In this document: in pieces, positions 1 to 11,682 of the stretch | Layout of the letters: each line of letters starts with the position of its first letter | Position numbering within the stretch: position 1 is the stretch's first letter | Source: Enoplolaimus lenunculus | Lineage: Eukaryota | Length of the DNA stretch: 64,000 nucleotides | Direction of reading: 5' to 3' | Assembly: GCA_030248215.1 (NCBI GenBank) | Contig: JASANG010002092.1 | Coordinates: 186,001-250,000 of the forward strand | Made by a program: the position numbers and the translations under genes | The notes under the pieces: model-generated | Told to the model about the DNA's origin: nothing | What the model saw: the letters and a program-made list of their open reading frames with translations, nothing else | Database searches by the model: none

Positions 1-208
1 ATGCGAAAGTTTTCCAGTCATAAATCCATTAACTGATGAATACGAATGCACTTGAAAATTTGTAATCAACTTCAAAACAAGATACCACTACTGTCTTATT
101 TTGTTCATGAAATCGCGTTTTCAAGAGTCGTTGAATGTATAGCGGGGAAATATCGGTCCCGAAATATCTTGAGAAACAACAAAAAGCCGGTTTTAACGCA
201 GCATTTTT

Positions 209-337
209 ACCTCTCTGGACCCTAAACGTAACAAGCTCTTTTATAAAATTTTCCCCTTCGGAAAAACCGGGGGGGCTTTTGACCTCTCTGGACCCTAAAC
301 GTAACAAGCTCTTTTATAAAATTATACCCTTCCGAAA
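209..337. repeat. Short direct duplication (period 73 bp) inside a MITE remnant
   Basis: ACCTCTCTGGACCCTAAACGTAACAAGCTCTTTTATAAAATT occurs identically at 209-250 and 282-323. Confidence 0.85.
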
Positions 338-790
338 TAACATCCAGGCTGGCTACGCTTTTGAATAAAACATCCTGCTAGACAAACATAGAAGTATGCC
401 AAAAACCAAACAAAACAAAAACTGGATAATATTAAAACTATCAACAATAAAGAATTATGAGAACCACGATTTCTCATTGAACAGTCTTGTTATTCAAAAA
501 AACTGTGATATACTTGCTAATCTTGTTAACTCAATAATTTCTTGTCACTCACACGTTATAATGCGTGCGCTCCGCAGATGCAACGACCCTACCGTTTTGA
601 ACAGAGAGTATACATTTCCATACCGTTTACAAAAAGCAATTTTCGTCGCATCACTTGCGACACAAATTGATGGTCATTTAGGCGTTTTCGGCAACGAAGT
701 AGTGGACAAATTCATAATCCGCGAACAGTGTGCGGACTTTTTTAATTTTGCAGGACATTGAAACTGTGAGGGTGATTTAAAATTAGGCGG

Positions 791-1250
791 TGTAAGCATG
801 TGAGACATGCTTGTCCGTTACGTGCACGTGCAACATAATGTATGCTAGCTGGCAGCATACAGTCTACACATATAATCAAGATAGAAAAAGTTTTAGAGGC
901 GGGCTGTGTGGTGCAGTGGTAGAGTATTCGCTAAAGAATCCTTACGCCGAGAGTTCGATCCCCGCTCCGGAGGTCCGCTTTCCCAGCTGCTTAGTTGAAA
1001 GGTCTGAAGAACCGGCTCCTACCTAGACTGACATGGGGGCTACTCCGTGGACGCAATGGTAAACTGTCGCGCTATGAACACGGTATCCAGTCGAAAATAG
1101 GATGGACGGTCAAGGGACGGCCTTTTGAAAACAGGCATGTAAGCATGTTAGACATGCTTGTCCGTTATGTGCACGTGCAATATAGTGCAGTGCACTGTAT
1201 GTATGCTAGCTGGCAGCATATGGTCGACACATATAGTTGACGATAGAAAC
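791..1250 (+). mobile_element. Dispersed repeat with an internal tRNA-like Pol III promoter: a 347-bp unit (791-1137) plus a partial tandem copy
   Basis: TGTAAGCATGT(G/T)AGACATGCTTGTCCGTTA begins at both 791 and 1138. The A box TGGTGCAGTGG is at 909-919 and the B box GAGTTCGATCC at 951-961. Homologous pieces occur at 21548-21575 plus about 22040-22100, and at 32197-32394. Confidence 0.8.
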
Positions 1251-1258
1251 AGTTGGTG

Positions 1259-1500
1259 GAAAAATTCAAATTTTGGCGAGAGAATCGGGAAATTCAAATC
1301 TTGGCGGGAAATTCAAATTTTGGCGGGAACATTTAAATTTTTGCAGGAACATTCAAAGTTCAGATTTAGAATGTAAATTTTAGCGGCAAATCAAATTTTT
1401 GCGTGAAAATTACATTTTGGGGTCGAAATTCAATTTTTGGCGGGAAATCGAAGTTTTGGAGGAAACAACAAAATTATGAAGAAACTTCAAATTTTGCGAA
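1259..1500. repeat. Degenerate minisatellite of about 20-bp units (TTTTGGCGGGAAATTCAAA-like)
   Basis: Repeated variants of GGCGGGAAATTCAAATTTT are visible across this interval. Confidence 0.75.
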
Positions 1501-2664
1501 AAATAATAATTTTTTAAGCAAACTATCTATATACCAGACACTCGATACCTATTGTGCAGTTGAGTGGGACATTGAAGGTAAATATTGACGGTATAAAAAT
1601 GTTCGCTACACCGTCTATGCAAAAGTTGTATAATCCGCGCAACTAACTATATTGTAGGACGTTGCGTGAGCGATGCGCACGCGTTATAACGTGTGAGAGA
1701 CAAGGAGGAATTATTTAATACTGTACAAACGAGATATTTACGATCTGTTACCCTCTTTGATCGTCTGTTTAACGAAAAAAATCATGAACCCTTACGAAAC
1801 CTTTCATAAAATTAAGGCCTCGATCAAAATTAAAAGCGAATATACCAACAAGTAAAATAACAAAAATAAAAATCGTCATCTAATAATAGAAATATTAATT
1901 GTTGTGTTAACGGCACAGCTCACCTGTTCAAATGCAAAAGTGTAATCAATTTACGATCATACCAACACCACGCGCGTATGAACGAGCGCAATGCAGTAAA
2001 GAAATTAGCATTTTCCAGTGAGTAATTTCAAGCTCAAACACAGTGCCTCCTGAATTAATTATACAAGTATATACATACTGCATAGTTAATTCGCAGCACC
2101 CATAACTTAAACAGACACTAAGCAGGAAGCATATGAATGAACCGACAACTGTAGGTATTCATTGCAAATACAGTACAATGGGAAATGAAAGATTCCGCAA
2201 CCGAAGTTGGAAGTTATCAAATTTTGCCGGAGCTTGAGGTGAAGCAAAACTAAGTAATAACAACAGTGCTGAATTTACTGGGTTCAGCAGTAAACTGCCA
2301 AGTGCTGTAATACTGCTTCTAAGCGTCCTATTTACGGACTCTCGACAAAATGAAGCTTTCATACTTGCCCAAGGTTACAATTTCACCGAAGACCAAAACT
2401 GTATAATTAAAATATGAGAAAAATTTCACTACTGAAATTGCCGTCAAATCCTGCAAAATTCTACCGGAGTCGGTCAATTTTCTACCAGAGCTAGATCTCA
2501 GTTGCATCGTGATTGCAAAAATCCTAATCGGTCTTCAAACTTTGTCCAGTTATTTCTAATGCTTCTAAACCAATGCCATAAACAACCACGTGTCATGTGC
2601 AAGTAAATGCGCACCACGGTTAACTTTAACGGCACTGTAACTACTTCTAGCAAATATATTCGTT

Positions 2665-5600
2665 TCATTTTAAGTTCTCTAGAAGAATCACTGAAAGTGT
2701 AACAGCCGCCGAGACTGCAATAACTGAAATCACGATCACTTCCAACCCAGATACATTCGCCGAACGAATATAAGCACCAGATGCCTGACTAAGGTTTGAA
2801 TATTTGAATCTAAAATCATGAACAGTTTCAAGTTGATCTGGTTTAACGACAAAAGGTGTGAACAAGCATCGCTCGCGATCAAAACCACCAAACCATTGTG
2901 CTGCTATATGAGGAATATTTGGTGCACCTGTGAAAAACAATATACAAAGTCGTCATATTATACAGAATATACACCGAAAACAGTTATTAAAACAATGTCA
3001 TTCAACTGCTCATTTAAAACAAAATTAAAGCACGATTAAAATTACTAAATTCTTGCGCTCACGCCAATAAAATCAAACATGGTTAGTATCAACATTAACA
3101 GTATTACAGTAAGAAATCATACACTTGCAGGCAAACGCTGATGCGATCGCACGCAGTATTTATACACAGTTCATCCGCACCAGAATTGTTGGCCGGAAAA
3201 AATTACCGGAAACAATGGTTTTTTCCATTATTTTCCATTTTTTCCGAGGGGGGTGGAAAAAATGGAAAATATTAATCGATTCTTAAATATAATTTGCAAC
3301 TAAATATGATATAAAATAACGTTTTTAGACGATATGTAACTAATTTTCATGCAACACATTAACAGTGACGGTGTGTATATGTCCACCAGGACACATTATA
3401 TGTCGAAAAAGAGCGAAAATTGCAGCATTGAATATATAGATTTCAGAATTGAAGCTTTGCCACGAGATTCAATGTAAAACTACATATGCATCTTGTTCGA
3501 GACTGAAAGCTTGCTTTTACTGTATGATTTGACACAAGGATACGTCTAATTCAATGTAAAACTACATATGCATCTTGTTCGAGACTGAAAGCTTGCTTTT
3601 ACTGTATGATTTGACACAAGGATACGTCTAATTCAATGTAAAACTACATATGCATCTTGTTCGAGACTGAAAGCTTGCTTTTACTGTATGATTTGACACA
3701 AGGATACGTCTAGCTTCAACCTCGCTTTGCTCGCGAGGTTGCAGCAATTGAGAGGCTTTGATATCAGAAAAAAACCAAAAATATCATGGGATCTATTATA
3801 TACTTACAAGAAACAAGTGTGACTTCTTTAGCTCGCTCCACTCATGAGTTTCTGATGTTCTGATGACCTCCTCGGATTATTTCACACCAAAACTTAAATT
3901 TTTAAAAATTCGAATTATAAGGTCTCAAATTCCTCTATTGGACTCAAAATTTCTTTGTCCAAAAATTTTACAAATTATATACCATTGGACACAGGTTACG
4001 GAGGTAAGACGAATATTGTTAAATGTTTCACAATCAGGCGTCTGGCTAACGAGTCGGTGATTTATAATTTGTCCAACTTATCGAACAAAATGTTGGGTAT
4101 AAAGTGGCATAAAGTGGCTGAACTTGTGGCCTTAAAAATCAAATTTTTCAAAAATTCAGATTTGGGCTTGGAATGATCAGGGAATGTCACCAGAAGCTCA
4201 AATATGCAGAAAGTTTCAAAATGCAAGCATTTTGGGCAAACGCCGGCTAAGGGAGGGATGACGGATCACTCAGACAAAGAATGATTTTTTCCATTTTTTT
4301 GTTCCGGAAAAAATGAAAAAAATCATTTTTTCCGGTCATAATTTTTTCCGGAAAAAAACAACCCTGATCCGCACCAACATGATGTTCATAACAACTTATT
4401 TTCCCACCCATTCCAACTATAAAAGACTAGCTCTCTCACAAAATAGGTCACCAAAGTTCTAGCAAGAAGATGCATAACTAGCGTCAATATCATTCGATGC
4501 AAACTTTCACGACTTAACTCACCAAACGCATTTTTCACCATACTCGAACTCGCAGGCAATGGAGCCACTGCATTAATTACGCCATTGTACTTATTATTTT
4601 CAATGCACTCGCGGATAATGCGAATAAAATCTGCTAAATGTATAAATGGTAGCACGTCGATAATATTAGGATCAGTTGCCGACAGTTGCTTAATACCAGA
4701 CGAATGAGCACCGACAAGCATCGGAAATAGAACATGGTTGTTCCAGTTATCTTGGGTTTCGTCTTCAATATCGAATTTTGTTCCAAAAACGTAACCTGAC
4801 GTAACGAAACAAAAACTATTCGAAACACAAAAGTTAGCAACTCTAGATCTAGTGTACTGCGGCTTATAAATACTGAATTCTATTAACTTGGAATTCTACC
4901 AATACCTCAATTATTCCTAATTTTACGCCAAGCTGTGCCTTGGCATAAAAGACATGACTACAAACAATTGGAATGTTTGACTATTGAACAACTGAATAAC
5001 CCTAGTCCATTATTATTCCGAGTCTGCTTTGAACTTGGAACCACTTTATGTTATGTAAATAAATCTAATACATTTCTTTCAATCTCGCGTAAAAGACTTT
5101 CAGTTCAAAAATGTGTAATATAGAGATCCGCTGTTACAAAAAAGCGGTGTGAAAGTTTACATGTTACATACTCTACTGATTTTCTTGTTTTCGCAATTAA
5201 ATTTTTATACAAAACGAGCTATTTTTTATTTCATTCCCCATTTTTTAATTTTTAAAACGTAGCAAAGGGCAGTAATTTCGTTTATCTCCCACTACGGCTG
5301 CCTGGTGAACTTGAATATATATACTAAAAGTCTGTGTATACAGTAAAAGGTCTAGGATGTTTAAATACAATTATTCGCGGAGTGGAATACATGACTTTTA
5401 CTAATCGATTAAAGACTAATTTGCTATACATCGAAGTGATTTAGTATACATTTATGAGTCCGTGTAGTTTTAGTTTATTTTGTTAGAATTTAATTTCAAT
5501 AAGGCCGAGTGTCTTTGACCCATGTTTTCCGATTTTTTGGAAAGTTGGATAGCTAATTCTAGGAAATTCTTTCAGATTTTAAGTTCAAAATTTTTTCTAA

Positions 5601-8600
5601 AACCCTAACTTTTAAGTCACAAGCTAACCTTTATTAAATGGACTCAGTGGCATACAGTAGCGAGTTGCTGCTGCCCGATGGCTTAGCGTATTTTGTATAG
5701 TTAGAGTTTATATAAGTTTTAGAGTTTATCGACCTTGAGGAAATAATTGTCATAGTTGCACGCGAAGTGGACGTTTAGACTCCGAGAACTGTACTGTATT
5801 TTTGAGATAAGAGTACTTGGAGCGTGTTGTGTATGATAATTTGTGCAGCCAAAGTGGCGTTTTGAATTAATTTTGGTGTGAATTTAGAATTTTGCGAAAA
5901 TTGGTGTGTAATAATTATGGCTAGGCGGGCTTTGAAAATTTTTATGTCAGAACACGGAGTATGTTGATTTAATTTTACTGTTGGATTTTCATTGCATGCA
6001 TACGAGAATTCATTCCGCAAGGAGCCCCAAAGTTCCAAATCATATTTAACAATTACGTAGTTGTGTAATTTATCGAGTTGAACGAAAAGTTGTTTATTCA
6101 TATGATGTTGATTACAAGTATTCTGAGGATTACTTAGTATTCACAGAGTGAGCTTCAAGAGTATTTTGTCCTTCAAGGGAGCCGTAACCTTTGTTTTGTG
6201 TTTGATTTCTGGGTTCTGAAGCCCACCGAGATTAGTGTTACATTTGGAGGTCACACCTAGATTGTCGTTACATTCGGAGGTCGCAACGAGATTGGTGTTA
6301 CATTTGGCGGTCACACGAGATACAATTTTCCTAATTGGTAAACGAAGTCTGATTGCTAGGTTTTTTGTGTTAACCTTTTCACCTAAGCTTAATTGAAATT
6401 TTAACCTATTTTACGTTATCTAGAAACTATTCCCATTCAACTAGCTTTTGTAACTTATTGAACTGACCAGCTAAACGTTTCACCCACGAGGATACTATTG
6501 AAGGATTTAGAAAGTGGATAGGTGAACTCGCAGGAGCTCGTTGATAATAAAGTGAGGAAAGTGTAGCAAATAGGAGCTGCCCCTATTAAACAGGTTTGAA
6601 TTTCAATTGTTAGCCCGTGTTTCTTAATTATTTCTTTTCATCCCCCCACTGTTCTGTTTGCCAGCTAGCTAATGCAGTTCTCAATGTAGTGGCTGTTAAA
6701 AAATTATATATTAATATGTAGGTGTATATATATGCATGTCTATGTGCGCACATAGGCAATATGCATGTTTAAATAAATCGTATTTAGGAATGTGGGGCCA
6801 TTGGCTGAATAGATATTAGCTGTAGGTCGCATGTTGCATGTTACCAATGAAGCGGTAAGCGTGTCTAAGTTTAATTACAAGCGTGAATATTCTTGCACTG
6901 CGGAGCGTATTAATTTGTTGCATAGACCAGGCAATTAGAATCATAAATAGTTAAATACGAGTAATTTTAATATAATATCGGTTGTTTAATTTTAAAAATT
7001 ATTTGGAGACCAAATTTTACTCAGCCCAACCCCGTGGAAATTGTTATATCTGCTGTTAGGTCTATAGCATAGAGAAAACACATGCTACGGTGCCACATTC
7101 TTTACGAATTGTTGAAATATTATAATGTATTTTTAATTTATGTATTATTGCAGCGCGTGATTTATGGTGTGTACGGACTCGGCAAGGTTTCATTACCAGA
7201 ATTAAGTTTTAACTGGCTGTTTAGTGTTTACACTTTGAATTTGGGAGTGAGAGATATTTCATAAGTTAGCTGTGCACTGTGATTTCATGATGTAAATTTA
7301 TGGCTTCTTTACGAATTGTGATTATGGTACCGTGGTACTTTTTTTACACGAAATTAATTTTTAATTTGAAGTACAACCGAGTTGGCCGTTTTGCAAAAAT
7401 TTGAAAGATGCTAATTCTCATAATAGAAAGACACTCAAAAGACCTGGGGAGGTCAAATCAGTGACCTTTTGTGGATTTCCGGAAATTAATCGTAGGAAAT
7501 TTTGTTTTAAATCTGGGGGATTTCGGTCAAAGTACAAAATTTTTGCATTTTTATCTGAATTTAAAGTTTAAATTTTAACCCAACAACTTGAGCTCGACGA
7601 CAAAACACCTTTTTAACAATTTATTAGTAAGATAAATTTTCAAAATTTGTACGAAAATCTGGGATTAAACAGTTTGAACAGAATCTAAGATTCCATTGCT
7701 TTACGAGTTACCGAGTGTCCACAGAGTGAGCTCCAAGAGTGTTTTTGCCTTCAAGGGAGCATTAATGTTTATCTTCTATGTTTGGTTTTTGGGTGCTGAA
7801 GATAGTTGTTATTTTGTGTTGCGCGATCTGAAATTTTTTGGATCATTGAAAGATTTAAGCATAAGTTTCTACCATGCGGATGATTTTAGCTAAGTTATTC
7901 AGATTTAAAGAGTATGCGATTTGTATTGTAAGCAAGCAGTATAGAGTTTGCGTTTGCTTTGGTGACCACGAACTTAAGAAGCGTTCTACAGACCGCTGAC
8001 GGTGCTGAATTTAAAAGCGTTGCGTTACACTTGGAGGTCCCACCGAGATTTGCGTTAAAAATAAACTGATTTCGGAACCGTTTCTGCTCAATAACTTTGA
8101 AATTCAGCCGATTGCAGCAGCCACGTCACAACGCAAAATGGACTCAAGACTTTGGATTGATTTTGACCCATTTTATCATACTACGCGGTTATAAGCATCT
8201 AAAAATATTGTGAGAAAAAAGACATGTTTCGCTTGAATAGAAATAAGCGTGTGTACCTGTTCTCAAAACTATATGTCGAGTGAATTTAAGGGTTGTTTCG
8301 GACAACTGCGCTGAAGCTTCCCATTCACGTGCAATCTTTGTCAACGAGCAACATGAGTCTGAATGCAACTCTGTCGATTCGGTCACATATTCATCTTCTA
8401 CCGAACCGTACACTGCTAAAAAGATATCTGCAGAAACTTTATCAATTAGTGTTATTTGTGCTCATGCAAACTTCAATTCACATTTAACATTAAAGCTTAG
8501 GCTTAGGGAAATACGTAGATTAAAACATAGGTTTAGCTAAACCTTTTTCGAAACATAACCTGAGCCAAGCGTAAGCATCGGCCTGTGGGGTATGGGACCA

Positions 8601-10743
8601 AGAGTATAATTTGTTACGGGTCAAGTCCCCAAATATAACAGTTTGTTACGCGACAACAACCCAAAGTCCAAAGTGTACTTCCGCATTCTGATTACAAGCC
8701 GATCGTCAAAAATTTTAAAATGCGGTAAAGCTATCGAATGTAAAATATCCACTAAGATGTTAAGATGATGAACACTAGCTTTGTACCAATATAATGGTTC
8801 AAGAAAACTAAAAACAACACACCTGGATGTGACATCGTAACAAATACGTCCGGCTTAACTGGCGATTTCTCGATTATATCGACAAGTGTTCGATTAGTTT
8901 GTGTCCGCACATCCAGAAGCTCTTTGCGAAATTCGGATGTCCACCTATAACAAAGCAAAACAGAAACACAATGCAAGCAGAGTAACGGTACAACAGTCAC
9001 TGTAGTACATTCTATTAATTTGCATTGTTGTCGCTGCCTTATTATATGACGCACGTACGATACCGTGCGGCGACAAACGGCGCGTACGATGAGTATAGCA
9101 CCTCTCTAAGGAGATCCCAAAACAGCAAACTAACCGTTTTCTTAAGTTATAGGGCGATACACCAGCAAGATTTATAATTGCTTCACACGGATCAGGCACG
9201 CCGTTTTCTTTCACGTAATCCTGTAACATACATAGTTTTTTTGACATCTGTTATAAATTATATACAGCAAGTTGTTCACATATTACCGATACATGTTTAG
9301 ATTGTCGTCTTTTTGGGCAGATGAGAGGTGTGGTATGGGGTGTGGAAATAACAGAACTTATATTCAATTGTGAATCTCGATTGGCAATAAACAAAAATCA
9401 TGTTAAGGATTTTAACTTAATGCGACTTATTAAGTGTCGAAATTGTTATATGTAGTAATTCTGGTATGTTCTAAAAGGGCCAATGCTACCCTAAAGACCG
9501 TCCCACTTTCCCGGGACAGCAAGTTCTAGGAGTACACACAACAAATATAATTGGGACAGTGGAGACAGTTTGAACAGATGGGACCGCTGGGAAAGCAGGA
9601 CGAGACGATTGGGACAGTTGGACGGTTTAGACAGCGGAACATTCAAGACAGTTGGGATACTTGGGACAGTTGGCACAGCAGGACAGTTGGGACAGCGGAA
9701 CAGTTGGGACAGTCGGAAAAGTTGGGACAGCGGAACAGTTGGGACAGTCGGAAAAATTGGGACAGCGGAAAAGTTGGGACAGCGGGACAGTTGGAACAGC
9801 AGAACAGTTGGAACAGCCCCCCCTCCGAGAAAAGAAAACACTGTCCCTGCTGCACCACATTCTCAGTATACATGGGTGTCACTGGGTGCTATAGCCCCCT
9901 CCGAGAAAATGAAACGCTGCCCCTTCTACATCACATTCTCAGTACCAAATATATATTTTTATATATTATATATTACATATTATATATATTTGGCTGTGCA
10001 TATGTAAAAGGAGTGCATACTTTGCACTCCTGGTATATTGCTGTCCCGGGACAATGGGACGGCCTTTATCGTAACATGGGACAAAGTTTTATTGTTAAGT
10101 ATCTACACGTCCTGAATTGTTAAAGTATAATTTTAGAAATTAATGAAGTGTAGTATATACACAGCATTGTTAAATATACTTCTCAGCAAACCTACAAACA
10201 AAAATGCTCAAATCGGATGTTAATTTTTTGCCCACAGCTTGGCAACCATACGCTCCATTCGCCTTGTAATTAATTTTTGTATAACTTTGCTAATAAATCA
10301 TTTCGACATGTCAGATAAATGTGATATCGCATACACTATATATTACCCATGTAATATGTCCAAAATCAGAATGAATATCTATACGACGTGCCACTGCTCT
10401 GACATCAAGCCCAGAGTTAAGCAAAGCACGATAAACAATTCGACCAATGCAACCAGCGCCACCACCTACAACACAACGTAAAATATCGTTTATAATGGTG
10501 AACTAAGTATTGTCAAGGAAATTCAATGCACCCTTTGTGATATGTTCCTGCTATAACAACTTTATCTCTACTTATGCCATTGTGAAAAAATAGTACTGGC
10601 AATTGCTTACAACTTTTTGCCCGAAGAAGACGTTTAGGTTTAAATGCACACGCTGATTTAGTCCTGTTTAAATTAGATTAGGAAATTTCGCTAACAACGA
10701 TAGATTCGAGCATTACTACAAACTTACATATAAGTATTGTCAT
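2665..10743 (-). CDS. SDR39U1: Divergent SDR39U1-like NAD(P)-binding epimerase family protein (7 coding exons, 345 aa)
   Basis: Hand-spliced GT-AG exons 10743-10728, 10465-10347, 9220-9135, 8944-8823, 8415-8257, 4795-4523 and 2927-2665 total 1038 nt in one frame. The translation reads MTILICGGAGCIGR (Rossmann motif) ...HITW|DYVKENGVPDPCEAIINLAGVSPYNLRKRWTSEFRKELLDVRTQT...AREWEASAQL...RHIVLRTG...LPFIHLADF...YNGVINAVAP...DFRFKYSNL. These motifs are colinear with the SDR39U1/TIGR01777 family (NLAG, RW, WE, RxG, IH..D, GV.N.VAP). Whether it is the orthologue or a paralogue is unresolved. Confidence 0.85.
3181..4366. mobile_element. Non-autonomous hAT-like DNA transposon in the last intron of the SDR39U1-like gene
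   Basis: There is a perfect 8-bp TSD ATCCGCAC at 3173-3180 and 4367-4374. The ends are CAGAATTGTT... and ...AACAACCCTG, with subterminal CCGGAAAAA motifs at both ends. Confidence 0.85.
3467..3712. repeat. Perfect tandem triplication of an 82-bp unit
   Basis: ATTCAATGTAAAACTAC...GGATACGTCTA starts at 3467, 3549 and 3631 with no differences I could see. Confidence 0.95.
6222..6320. repeat. 30-bp tandem repeat, about 3.3 diverged copies
   Basis: The unit approximates GAGATTGGTGTTACATTTGGAGGTCACACC with period 30. A related single unit lies at about 8021-8057. Confidence 0.85.
9478..10082. mobile_element. TIR element with an internal GGGACAG short-unit array (SDR39U1-like intron 2)
   Basis: TAAAGACCGTCCCACTTTCCCGGGACAGCAA (9492-9522) is the inverted match of TTGCTGTCCCGGGACAATGGGACGGCCTTTA (10038-10068), extending to about 45 bp. 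AAAG flanks both ends as a candidate 4-bp TSD. TTGGGACAG/CGGAACAG units fill 9551-9816. Confidence 0.8.
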
Positions 10744-11280
10744 TCTTCAACAATTTGGTCTGTTCAAGTTAATGAAACCAACATGATAAAAGCACTGTCG
10801 GTGGATAATAATAGGATAATGCCAAGTTATTTTACTAGTATTTTAACAATTGAAGCCAAAATCCACTACACAGTTTTATGGTTTTTAGCGTTGACCTTCC
10901 AGACGTTCCACACGTTCAACTGGGCGTCCGAAAATTTCCAAGTTATTTCAGCGATAAATGTATTTATCGATTTCCTGGTCGCACGTCCTACGATCGCGTA
11001 CTAAAAGTTACATAGGTGAAGGCTGACCGTGAAAACAACTAAAGTTGGTTAGATTACGTCTGCTTGTTTTCCTAGTAATTTGAGAGGATTCCACTCAATT
11101 CCGATAGTCATTATCACTCCACGCTAAATTAACAATATACTTTACTGATAAACTACATAATATGTCTTAACAAAATCATATTCTATCATATTATACCGAT
11201 TTGAACAACGTTTAGAAGCAACACCAAAAAATATTTTCAACGGGGCTACCATGCGAAGCTTTTTCGGCGATACAAACAGG

Positions 11281-11682
11281 CAGGGTGCAACCGGAATTAT
11301 ATAATACCGGAATCGGAGCCGGAAAATAAAAACTCCTTATTTGTTACCAAAAAAATCATTTTTATGCGCTATTTTATCGCTTTTAATGCTGTAAACAAAC
11401 CATTTAGAATGCCAAAATCCTGAAACAAATGCAGTAAGTAGAAACATATGATAAATAATGGAGTATGGCGCAAATTGAAAATTTTGGCAATAAGTACACG
11501 CTCGGACAATTTTAGATAAGTTAGAATAATATGCCAAATTCTCTTAAATTTTCGAATACAAAAAAGTTTTCAATACCTAAAATACCGGAAAATTCCGGTG
11601 AAAAATACCGGATTTCTTACCAGAACCGGATTGCGAAAAATACCTGATTTCCCAACCAGAACCGGATTCCGGTTGCACCCTG
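11281..11682. mobile_element. MITE family A (CAGGGTGCAACCGGA...TCCGGTTGCACCCTG)
   Basis: It has a perfect 15-bp or longer TIR. The flanks CAAACAGG and GAAATAGG match at 6/8, as expected for a decayed 8-bp TSD. The interior is homologous to 36632-37046. Confidence 0.85.

Larger units (their letters stand above)
541..1704. mobile_element. Non-autonomous element with long imperfect inverted repeats (foldback/MITE-like) carrying nested repeats
   Basis: 541-592 (CTTGTCACTCACACGTTATAATGCGTGCGC...) is the imperfect reverse complement of 1654-1704 (...GCGCACGCGTTATAACGTGTGAGAGACAAG). Weaker similarity extends outward to about 455 and 1800. Confidence 0.7.

Noticed and set aside
396..761. 121-aa ORF
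   Set aside because: It runs through the inverted repeat arm of a non-autonomous element and has no recognisable motif.
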